Part shown: one piece after another, positions 25,943 to 36,058 of the stretch
Numbering within the stretch: the stretch's first letter is position 1
Layout: every line of letters begins with the position of its first letter
Origin: Octopus sinensis
Taxonomy: Eukaryota
Assembly (NCBI RefSeq): GCF_006345805.1
Contig: NW_021832402.1
Span: 1 to 61,251 of the forward strand
Direction of reading: 5' to 3'
DNA length: 61,251 bases
Position numbers and translations under genes: made by a program
The notes under the pieces: generated by a model
What the model was told of the DNA's origin: nothing
The model's input: only the letters and a program-made list of their open reading frames with translations
The model's database searches: none

Positions 25943-27139
25943 AATGGCTGAAAAACACTCCAGATATATCCAATAATCTACCCTTTATTACAACACACAA
26001 CCCAAGAAATATAGAGGTTTACAATATTATCCACCAGAACATCTCACTACTAAGACAAGACCTAAAAATGAAACAAATATTTGAAATACACAAAATAATC
26101 AAAAGTAAAAGGAAATGAAAAATTCCTCACAAGTGCTAAATTACCTTCCACAGCTCCTACACCAACAGTCAAAAAGTGTGGCCACCCCAATTGTGGGACA
26201 TGCATCAATCTTATTGAAGACACAACATACCAATTCAAAACAGAGCAGATTTTTACCATAAAAATCACTTTACATGTTCTTCAAGGAATTTAATAAATGC
26301 TATCAAATGTTAAGGATGTAATGAAGGTTACATAGGTCAAACTAAGCTTACTATAAGAAATAGACCGACCATTTACCGACAACAAATAAGTGACCCCAGT
26401 ACTAGACAGATTCCACTGAGAGGACACATAGACATATGTGCAAAAAATAAGTCTCCCAAATTCCAGGTCTTCCCACTCAACCTTTGTTCAGTGAATACTA
26501 CAGATGATGCATGGATAAACAAAGAGAATACTTCCATACAAAAGTACAAACCCAGACATAACAAATTTTAACAAAATACAAACAACTATTTACATACAAA
26601 ACTCATTCTCTCACTTAACATGAGGAACCTACAGAGCTAACAACCTAAACTTTAGCCATTGAACTACATACAAATGACTCCTGTCTACTCTCACCAGACA
26701 GATTAGATTTGGAGTACCTTGATTTTAACTTAACATGTTCACTCAATCGTGTTGACATTCATTTTAGGTACATTAATGCAGGGACATAGGAAACATACTG
26801 AAGGTTCTAAACTTAATCATACTTGACAGAAAGCATTCAGAGCATTGATTGTTTAGTACTACCACTGGACTTGTTCAGTCAGCTGTGTCAGCCTTAATTT
26901 ACGACACTAAACATTGTCACTTGATACTAACACATGGACGTAGTGGAGAACCTACAAAAATTTCTAAGACCTGTCATATGATTATCCTCTACTAATCAAA
27001 ACCTATTCAAAACACATATTAATTTGAGCCATGAACTCCCAATAAAAATAGGGCAAGCTTCAAACATTAGTCAGAAGCAAAACAGCTGTGACATAAGCCA
27101 TGTCTTTCTATTTCAAATTTTTGAAAATCAGTACATTTT

Positions 27140-27705
27140 TCCTATACGTAACGAATGCACAAACACACACACACAAACATACACACTCATATACAAAATG
27201 TCCTTTGCTATGTCGTATGTAACGAATGCCCACACACACTCAGACACATGTACACTCATATACAAAATGTGTTGTAGTGGTGTTGTAAAATATCCTTTAC
27301 TATGTCATACATAACGAACACAAACATACACACTCATATACAAAATGTATCGTGGTAGTGGTATAAAATATCCTTTGCTATCTCATGCATAATGCCCTAA
27401 CACACACACTCATATACAAAATGTGTCATGGGATAAAATGTCCTTTACATAATAAACATACACACACACTGACAGACACATACTCATATACAAAATGTGT
27501 TATTGTTGTCATATAAAATGTCCTTTACTATCTCGTATGTAACACACACACTCACAGACACATACACACATACAAAATGTGTCATGGTGGTGGTATAAAA
27601 TGTCCTTTAGTATGTCGTACGCAATGAATGTGCAAACACAGACACATACACACTCATATACAGAATCTGATGTTGTCATGGTGGTGGTATAAAATGTCCT
27701 TTATG
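27140..27705. repeat. Minisatellite, ~7 diverged units of ~70-90 bp
   Basis: CTCATATACAAAATG...GGT(G)GTATAAAATGTCCTTT recurs with (CA)n spacers of variable length. Confidence 0.85.
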
Positions 27706-27899
27706 ATAGTTGACTATAGAAATATTGTTTTAATCCAAATGAAAATAAAAATTACATGTTGACACTTGATTTGGTGGAGCCGTTTGAGAATGCATAGGGG
27801 ACAGACAGACAGACAAAGAATTTTGTATAGAGAGAGATATAGAAAACACGTTTTTTATTCCACATGGGTAGAAATATAGGAAATGTATGTCTGTGTCTG

Positions 27900-28674
27900 T
27901 CTTAGTATATGTGTGTGAGAGTGTATGTGTGATTGCCAACTACACTGATGAAAACTGGCTATGTGAAAAAGCTATACTGGCTCCAACTAATGAAATGATT
28001 GATAAACTCAATCATGAACTTCAAAAATTAACAGATACATCAGAAATGACTTTTCCATCAATTCACACAGAAGTTGATCAAGATCAGGCTGTTCAATACC
28101 CTGTCGAATTTCTGAACACACTTAAACCCACTGGAATGCTTAGGAATCTTGACCCACATTGCCTGTGTAATGGAACTCACATAATTGTTACTTCCATGAA
28201 GCCCCATGTCCTACAGGCAACAATCATAATAGGTAGTCACAAAGAAGAAAATGTCTTTATTACAAAATTTCCTCTCATACATTACAGATGTTCCATTTGG
28301 ATTTTTCGAGGCTTCAGTTTCCAGTCAAACTAAGTTTTGGTATTTCAGTTAACAAATCTCAGGGTCAGTTCCTCAAGGTAGTTGGACTTCATCTCTCTAC
28401 TACATGCTTCTCCTATGGCCAACTCTATGTTGGTTGCTCAACAGTTCATTTGGACACCAACAAAAAATTACACAATGAATATTGTTTACCCTGAGGTGCT
28501 TCTAGATTGACAGATTTTCAGTTCTAAATTCTATTATCATTACAATTTGGTTTTTCTTTAATAAAATATAGATATTTGAAATGATTATGAGAAAAATATA
28601 TATCTTCATATTTATTGTTTACTAATCTGAATAAGAACAGCAGTAACCCTGGCAATGCCGGGTAATTCAGCTAG
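27900..28674 (+). mobile_element. Helitron 3' end with PIF1-like helicase remnant
   Basis: WLCEKAILAPTN, PVEFLN, LRNLDP..LCNGT, RLQFPVKLSFGISVNKSQGQ, FSYGQLYVGCS; terminal hairpin ACCCTGGCAATGCCGGGT (28646-63) and CTAG|T end (28671-74). Confidence 0.92.
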
Positions 28675-28749
28675 TCCTTGTATATATGTGTTGAAAATTA
28701 CATGTATATGTGTGTGTGTGTCTGTAAATGATTTCAATAACAAAAGGTG

Positions 28750-29895
28750 TATTCATATTTTTATTTATCTAGTTTCAGCTCACAAGCTGTGGCCATGCTG
28801 GGGCACCGCCATTTGGTGTTGCTACATGATTTTACTTCACAAGTGCTTTTTAGCAATTGCCATTTGGTGCATGAGAGAGTTCGATGCAGCTGCCGTCATC
28901 TGCACCTCCTGCCGTGAAGTTGGTTCATCTGGGATACCTGACAAGAAGAGATCCAGTTTCATTTTAAAGACATCTGCGTCCACCCCATGCATGTCTCTTA
29001 GGTTCTTCGGGAGGATATTGAAGAGCTGTGGGCCTCGGAAGCCCAGGCTATCACAGAATCTTGTCCTACATCTTGATGGCAGGTTTGGAGTCCTAGGCAC
29101 CACGCTGGGAAAGACTCAAGAGATTAAAATTATATTCCCTTAATCTCTTGAGTCTTTCCCAGTAGCTTATATGCTGCACAGAGGCTATCTTCTTCGTGTA
29201 GCTTCGTTGGATCGCCTCAAGTTCTGTGATTAACTTGACACTGGATGGTGACCATAGCTGAGAGCAATAGTCAAAGTGGCTTAGGACAAGCATCCTCCAA
29301 AGGACCATCATGGTTTCCTGGTCTCTTGTTCTGAAGGTTCTAAGAATCCATCCGGTCAGCCGCCTACATTTCATTGCCAATTTAGCAACATGCACATGAA
29401 AGGTTGCATTATCACTCATGTAAATACCCAGGTCTCGCACTGATTGTGCCTCTGGGATTGCAGTCCCTCCAGGTCCAGTGTATTTATTGGGTATTGCATT
29501 TAGTTTTGCGTGCTGATAGCATAGAGCTTGAAACTTTTCAGCATTGAACTGCATGCTATTCTTTTCAGTCCACTTGTATATTTTGTCCAGCTCACATTGC
29601 AGGTGCTTAATGTCTTCAGAGTTCTGTATTGCCTGTGAAACTTTTGTATCATCTGCATAACTTGTGATTGTGGCTCTCTGCGTGGCTGAGGGCATGTCTG
29701 AGAGGGCCATTATGATCAGTAGTGGTCCCAAAACAGTGCCTTGCGGAACACCGCTCACTATTTGCGTGTTAATGGAAGTGGCCCCATTGGCTACTACCAC
29801 CTGACTTCTATCCTTCAGAAAGTCATGAAGCCATTCTCCCAATTTTCCAACTATGCCAAGATCACGCAGTTTGTGACATAGCATTCCATGATCGA
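28750..29895 (-). mobile_element. CR1/L2-group LINE 3' fragment with intact 3' UTR
   Basis: VDHGMLCHK, SGVPQGTVLGP, YADDTK, RDLGI, FKMKLDLFLSGIPDEP; 3' UTR GGCGGTGCCCCAGCATGGCCACAGCTTGTGAGCTGAAACTAGA(TAAA)n. Confidence 0.93.
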
Positions 29896-29940
29896 CTGTA
29901 CATATTTGTATATATCTTATGTATGTGTATATATATATAT

Positions 29941-30514
29941 AGGCACAGGAGTGGCTGTGTGGTATGTAGCTTGCTTACCAACAACATGGTTCCGGGTTCA
30001 GTCCCACTGCGTGGCACCTTGGGCAAGTGTCTTCTACTATAGCCTTGGGCCAACCAAAACTGCGTGAGTGGATTTGGTAGACAGAAACTGAAAGCTCATC
30101 GTCGTCGTTTAATGTCCACTTTCCATGTTAGCATGGGTTGGACGGTTTGACTGTGGGCTGGCAAACCAGATGACTGCACCAAGCTCCAGTCTTGATCTGG
30201 CAGAGTTTTTACAGCTGGATGCCCTTCCTAACGCCAACCACTCTGAGAGTGTAGTGAGTGCCTTTATGTGCCACCGGCACAGAGGCCAGTCAGGCGGTAC
30301 TGGCAGTGACCTTGCGTGTATATGTTTGTGGGTCTGTGTTTGTCCCTCCAACATTGCTTGACAACTGATGCTGGTGTGTTTATATCCCCGTAACTTAGCT
30401 GGTCGTCAAAAGAGACCGATAGAATAAGTACTAGGCTTACAAAGAATAAGTCCTAGGTGTTGATTTGCTCGACTAAAGGCAGTGCTCCAGCATGACTGAT
30501 ACAAGTAAAAGAGT
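29941..30514 (+). mobile_element. tRNA-derived CORE-like SINE split by an RTE tail
   Basis: 5' half 29941-30094 (A/B boxes, CCTTGGGCAAGTGTC) and 3' half 30316-30514 ending CAAGTAAAAGAGTA. Confidence 0.92.
30096..30313 (-). mobile_element. RTE 3' UTR tail nested in SINE
   Basis: Core motif and GAC/GAT tail. Confidence 0.88.
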
Positions 30515-31184
30515 ATATTTATAGATGTGTGTGTGTACTCATGTATGTTTATAAGTCTTATGAATATATATATGTATATGTTGGTTTGAATATATGTGTA
30601 TGTATGTATATATAATATATATGTGTATAAATATCTATGTGCTTTTGAGTCTGTCTATATAAATCTATGATTGTCATAATAGTCAATGAGAATGCATTGT
30701 AGCTCCTGCATTTGAAACTCTGAGTCCTATTATGACAACTTACTGATTGTCATAATTATATATACATATATATATATATATATACTAATAAAAAGGGTTC
30801 AGCAAAAGAATTGCCTCACCGCATACTGAAGTTCAGAAATAGCAGCCAAAATCTTAGCCATTTCTTCTACTTAAAAAAGGGGTCTTCCAGAGAACCCAAA
30901 ATACTTGAAGTTTAATCACACAAGTGGAGAGTAAAGCAACAAACATCAATCAATATCCGATCATCCATAGACGCGCGTATCTGAATTAGGTTTTTTCATA
31001 AAGAATATAAAAAAATATATACTTTACTAACCATATTCTTCATCAGTATGGATTTTCTGTTATAATCCGGAGGTACTAGAACATTTGAACAAATTATTTC
31101 ATATAACGGTGTTTAGCCGTTCGCATTCGATGTTAGTACCGCTAGATTCAAAATATGAATGAGAACCGCTTAGCGAAAGCTATT

Positions 31185-32237
31185 GACTACTTCTAGTTTC
31201 TCCCCTGGCATGTGATGCAATCTGTTGTCTGTACATCTTCTGTCCCAGTGCATCTGCCACGCACAAAAACTATTTTCCTGGTTAATCTTCCTTTGATATT
31301 GCTGCACCTTTTATGTGTCCATAGCTTACACTGAGTATGGAGTTTCTATCCACGCCTTTTCTACAGATCAAGCGGGGCCATCTACTTGAAGGGGGTTGTG
31401 ATCTGACAGCCTTCCTACTTACTAAGACTTTGGTTTTTGCTAGGTTAACCCAAGGCCCTTCAATTCTAGACCTTGCTTCCACACCCTAAACTTTGTCTTC
31501 CGTTCTGGCAGTGACTCAGATATTAGAGCAAGGTCATCTGCATAGAGGAGCTCCCAGGGGCAGCCTGTCTTGAATTCCTCTGTGATAGCCTGGAGGACTA
31601 TAATGAATAAGAGGGGTTTGAGGACTGATCCTTGGTGAATCCCTACTACTATTCTTCCCTATACTCGTTGCCAACTCTCACCGTAAGTGGCAGCATTCCT
31701 GTACATGGCTTGTACAGCTCTTACCAGCCACTTGTCTATCTGTCTATTCCCAGTTTCTGCATTAATCATCAGATAATGCCCTTGCATTTAATAACTCTAC
31801 AAAGAAATAGGCTTGGCGAAGCCCTTTTGAAAGATTGCTGAATATGGAGAATGAATGGGAGGAAGCGAGTCTACCAAAGGTTGACCCAATTGAGGGGCCA
31901 GCTATCCAAATCGACAGTACCCAGCAGAGAAAACAAATAAAGGATATGAAGACAGGGAGAGCACCTGGTCCATCAGGAATCACCGCTAGGATGCTTAAAC
32001 TATCGGGCGGTGTGGGTTATGGTCTTGTCACCTGCATTGTAAACCAGGTAGTTCATGAAGGAGTCATACCCAATGACTGATGTAGCAGCACCATAGCCAA
32101 TTGCTACAAGGGAAAAGGTGATGCTTTAGATAGAAATAACTACAGGGGTATCAAATTACTGGATCAGGTAATGAAAGTTACAGAGAGGGTCATAGCCCAA
32201 CTAATTAGGGAGAGAGTTAGCCTAGATGAGATGCAGT
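31185..32237. mobile_element. Degenerate RTE ORF2 with internal inversion
   Basis: 31185-31770 on - matches RT/PHD segment 33993-34610. 31772-32237 on + matches the upstream segment (AFNN..ENEWEEASLPKVDPIEGP..GRAPGPSG..NYRGIKLLDQ..SLDEMQ). Confidence 0.85.
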
Positions 32238-32670
32238 GAAAAACATAAACCAAAATAAAGGGTATTGGAATATTCTTCAAAGATGAATTCCAAAATAGCG
32301 GTTCTATCTTACCTGTAAATTCCATAACTTATGAAATTGAGATATTACACTCAATAAACGTAATTTATCAATATAATAATTATAATAATAATAAAAATAT
32401 TAGGGAGTAAATCCAAACTTACAGGGAAAAATTAGATTTAGGATTAAATCAAATTTCACAGTATAAATATAAATTAAATTAGAGATAAAACCACTATTAG
32501 GCAAATCAAACAGTGGAAAACATAAACCAAAACATAGGGTATTGGAATATCCTTCAAAGATGAATTCCAAAATAGTTCCATAACTTATGAAATTGAGATA
32601 TTACACTCAATAAACGTAATTTATCAATATAATAATTGTAATAATAATAATATTAGGGAGTAAATCCAAA
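32234..32670. repeat. Partial tandem duplication (277-bp period) of a dispersed AT-rich repeat
   Basis: CATAAACC starts at 32244 and 32521; copy 2 lacks a ~21-bp segment; family also present in reverse at 10560-10720. Confidence 0.85.
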
Positions 32671-32853
32671 CATGTATGTATCATCATCATCATCATCGTT
32701 TAACGTCCGCTTTCCATGCTAGCATGGGTTGGACGGTTCAACTGGGGTCTGGGAAGCCCGAAGGCTGCACCAGGCCAGTCAGATGTGGCAGTGTTTCTAC
32801 AGCTGGATGCCCTTCCTAACGCCAACCACTCCGAGAGTGTAGTGGGTGATTTT

Positions 32854-33170
32854 ATGTGCCACCGACACAGGTGCCAGACGAGGCTGGCAGACGGCCACGC
32901 TCGGATGGTGTTTTTTATGTGCCACCGACACAGGTGCCAGACGAGGCTGGCAGACGACCACGCTCGGATGGTGTTTTTTATGTGCCACCGACACAGGTGC
33001 CAGACGAGGCTGGCAGACGGCCACGCTCGGATGGTGTTTTTTTATGTGCCACCGACACAGGTGCCAGACGAGGCTGGCAGACGGCCACGCTCGGATGGTG
33101 TTTTCTTATGTGTCACCGACACAGGTGCTAGACGAGGCTGGCGGACGGCCACGCTCGGATGGTGTTTGTT
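32854..33170. repeat. Five near-identical 63-64-bp tandem repeats in RTE 3' UTR
   Basis: ATGTGCCACCGACACAGG unit starts at 32854, 32917, 32980, 33044 and 33108. Confidence 0.97.
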
Positions 33171-33427
33171 ACGTGCCCTCAGCACGGAGGCCAGTCATTG
33201 CGGTACTGGCTACGGTCACGTTCGGATGGTTTTCTTATGTGCCACCGGCACTGGTACCACAAGGATACAAATTCCATTGATGTTCATCTATTTTGATTTG
33301 GTTCGATTTGATTTGATACGATTCGATTCTCACTTGCCTCAACAGGTCTTCACAAGTGTCACAAGAAGGAAGGTATGCACAGGTGGACTGACTACGTCCC
33401 AGGTAGGGGCCACGGATTATGGCTTCA

Positions 33428-36026
33428 CTAGTCTTGCCGGGTCTTCTCACGCACAGCATACTTCCATAGGTCTCGGTCTCTAGTCATTTCCATGGTGAGA
33501 CCTAACGTCCGAAGGTCGTGCTTCACCACCTCGTCCCAGGTTTTCCTGGGTCTACCTCTTCCACGGGTTCCCTCAACTGCTAGGGATTGGCACTTTCTCA
33601 CACACCTCTCTTCATCCATTCTCGCCACATGACCATACCAGCGCAATCGTCTCTCTTGCACACAACAACTGATGCTTCTTAGGTACAACATTTCTCTCAA
33701 GGTACTAACGCTCTGTCGAGTAAGTACACTGACATTACACATCCATCGGAGCATACTGGCTTCGTTCCTCACGAGCTTACGCATGTCCTCAGCTGTCACG
33801 GCCCATGTTTCACTGCCATGTAGCATAGCTGTTCGTACACATGCATCATACAGTCTGCCTTTTACTCTGAGCGAGAGGCCTTTAGTCACCAGCAGAGGTA
33901 AGAGCTCCCTAAACTTTGCCCAGGCTATTCTTATTCTAGCAGTTACACTTTCAGCGCACCCACCCCCACTACTGACTTGGTCACCTAGATAGCGGAAACT
34001 ATCAACTACTTCTAGTTTTTCCCCCCGGAAAGTGACAGAAGTTGTTTTCTGCAGATTTTCGGAGGTCAGTGCTCCAGAGCACCTGCCACATACAAAAACT
34101 ATCTTCCCAGTTAGCCTACCTTTGACATTGCTGCACCTCTTATGTGTCCATAGCTTACACTGGGTACATCTTATAGAGTTTCTACCTACACCTTTTCTAC
34201 AGATCGAGCAGGGCCATCTTCCTGATGATATTTGTGGGTTTTCTACCTTTCTACTTATTAGTACTTTGGTTTTAGCTAGGTTGACTCTAAGGCCCCTCGA
34301 TTCTAAACCCTCCTTCCACACCTGGAACTTCTCCTCCAGTTCTGATAGTGACTCAGCGATTAGAGCGAGGTCGTCAGCATAGAGGAGCTCCCAGGGGCAA
34401 CCGGTCTTGAATTCCTCCGTTATTGCCTGGAGGACTATGATAAATAGGAGGGGGCTGAGTACTGAACCCTGGTGGACCCCAACCTCTACTTTGAATTCTT
34501 CTGTGTACATGTTGCCAACTCTAACCTTACTTACGGCATCTCTGTACATGGCTTGCACAGCCCTCACCAGCCATTCATCTATCCCTAGTTTCCTCATTGA
34601 CCACCAGATGAGGGATCGGGGGACCCTATCAAAGGCTTTCTCCATGTCAACAAAAGCCAGGTACAGGGGCTTATCCTTGGCTAGGTATTTCTCCTGCAGC
34701 TGCCTTACCAGGAATATAGCATCAGTGGTGCTTTTCCCTGGGACAAACCCAAACTGCATCTCATCTAAACTAACTCTCTCTCTAATTAGTTGGGCTAAGA
34801 CCCTCTCCGTAACCTTCATTACCTGATCCAACAGCTTGATACCTCTGTAATTATTTGTATCCAGGGCATCACCTTTACCTTTGTAGCAGTTGACTAGTAT
34901 GCTGCTACACCAGTCATTGGGTATGACTCCTTCGTGTATCACCTGGTTGACTATACGGGTGACTAGGTTATAGCCGACACTGCCAGATATTTTGAGCATC
35001 TCTGCAGTAATTCCTGATGGGCCTGGGGCTTTCCCTGTCTTCATGCTTCTAACTGCCTTAGCTACTACGGAACTATCAACTCGGATAGCTGGTCCCTCTG
35101 TTGGGTCAACATTTGGCAGACTCTCTTTATCCCATTCATTTTCTTTATTCAGCAAACTTTCATAGTGGCATCTCCAAACCTCTCTCTTTGCATCCTCATT
35201 TAGCGCAAGTGAACCATCATCCATGCGAACACACTTCTCTCCTACCACATCACGATTCTCTCTCACACACTGTCTTGCAACACGAAATACCTCAAGTCTT
35301 TCATCCTCACGGCTCAGAACATTGGCAAATTTTTTCTTATCCGCTTCCCCTCTGGCTATATAAACCTGTCTCCTAGCTTCCCTTTTGGCTGTCTGATACA
35401 ATTCCCTGCTACCACCGTTCTTCCAGTCCTTCCAAGCCTGTCTCTTTTGTCTAATAGCCCCGTCAACCACCGTGTTCCACCACCATGTTACTCTGGGTCG
35501 AGATGGTACTTTGCTCCATCCACAGATCTGGTCAGTGGCTGTCAGCAGATTGTCCCGTAGGAATCTCCAGTTGTCTTCCACATTAAGTGAAGCTATATCC
35601 CCTTCTATTCGTCAGAGGCTTCGAGTAGTATGTCTCTAAATCTCTGTGCATTTGCAGGATCTTTAAGCTTCCAGACCCTTCTCCTCCAAGCTGGTCTTCT
35701 TCTGGGCGACCATTTAGCTCTGATCCTGAAGTCGCTAACTACTAATCTATGTTGGGGAGTACATTCTTCGTCTGGGAAGGTTTTGGCATTTATAATCAGC
35801 CCTCTTTCCCTTTTTCTGGCAAGGATGTAGTCAATCTGGCTGGTGTGTCTGCCAGAACGGTAGGTGACTAGGTGAGAGGTGGGTTTCCTGAAGTGGGTAT
35901 TGCAGACCATAAGGTCATTTGCATCGCAGAACTCCAGCAGCCTGGTTCCCTCCTCATTTCGAGAGCCAAAACCGTGGCCTCCATGGATGCCATGGAAGCC
36001 CCTGACATGTCGTCCAACATGTCCAT
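33428..36026 (-). pseudogene. RTE ORF2 (partial APE, RT, PHD-like finger, C-terminus), one frameshift
   Basis: SQIDYIL..QHRLVVSDF (APE), GKAPGPSG, NYRGIKLL, FVDMEKAFDRV, GVHQGSVLSP, LLYADDL, FRYLG. A single-base loss near 35610 separates ORFs 35605-35910 and 33428-35581. Confidence 0.93.
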
Positions 36027-36058
36027 ATCATGTATGTATGTATATCTATGTATTTATA

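Larger units (their letters stand above)
24100..26700 (+). mobile_element. Penelope/Poseidon-like PLE, degenerate RT + GIY-YIG, interrupted by two RTE tails
   Basis: KDADKGSAIVIMD, PILAGPNCETH, VSFDGVNLY, GTALGTKIAP, LSFLDIL..ETDIHYK, IPFNLAKRICTIV, NLPFITTHNP, HPNCGTC, YIGQT. Confidence 0.88.
32682..36028 (-). mobile_element. Young 5'-truncated RTE-clade LINE with TSD
   Basis: 11-bp TSD CATGTATGTAT (32671-81, 36029-39); (GAT)n tail; ~740-bp 3' UTR; ORF2 from the APE motif (N)GHVG onward. Confidence 0.96.

Noticed and set aside
30781-31180. TATACTAATA start as a Helitron 5' end
   Set aside because: The motif is short and follows a TA run; no matching 3' hairpin/CTAG end was found in register.
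32854-33170. 63-bp repeats as a CRISPR array or HDV-like ribozyme array
   Set aside because: There are no unique spacers or cas genes and the context is eukaryotic. CCAGCCTCGTCTGG resembles HDV P3/L3, but no P1/P2 partners could be found.
32716-33483. 255-aa and overlapping ORFs with repeated CHRHRCQTRLADGH units
   Set aside because: Produced by the 63-bp tandem repeat, antisense to the RTE 3' UTR; no evidence of coding.
33672-35376. Antisense ORFs over LINE and Gypsy coding regions (e.g. 33672-34826, 3685-4275, 48445-49867)
   Set aside because: Shadow frames of TE ORFs with no independent motifs.
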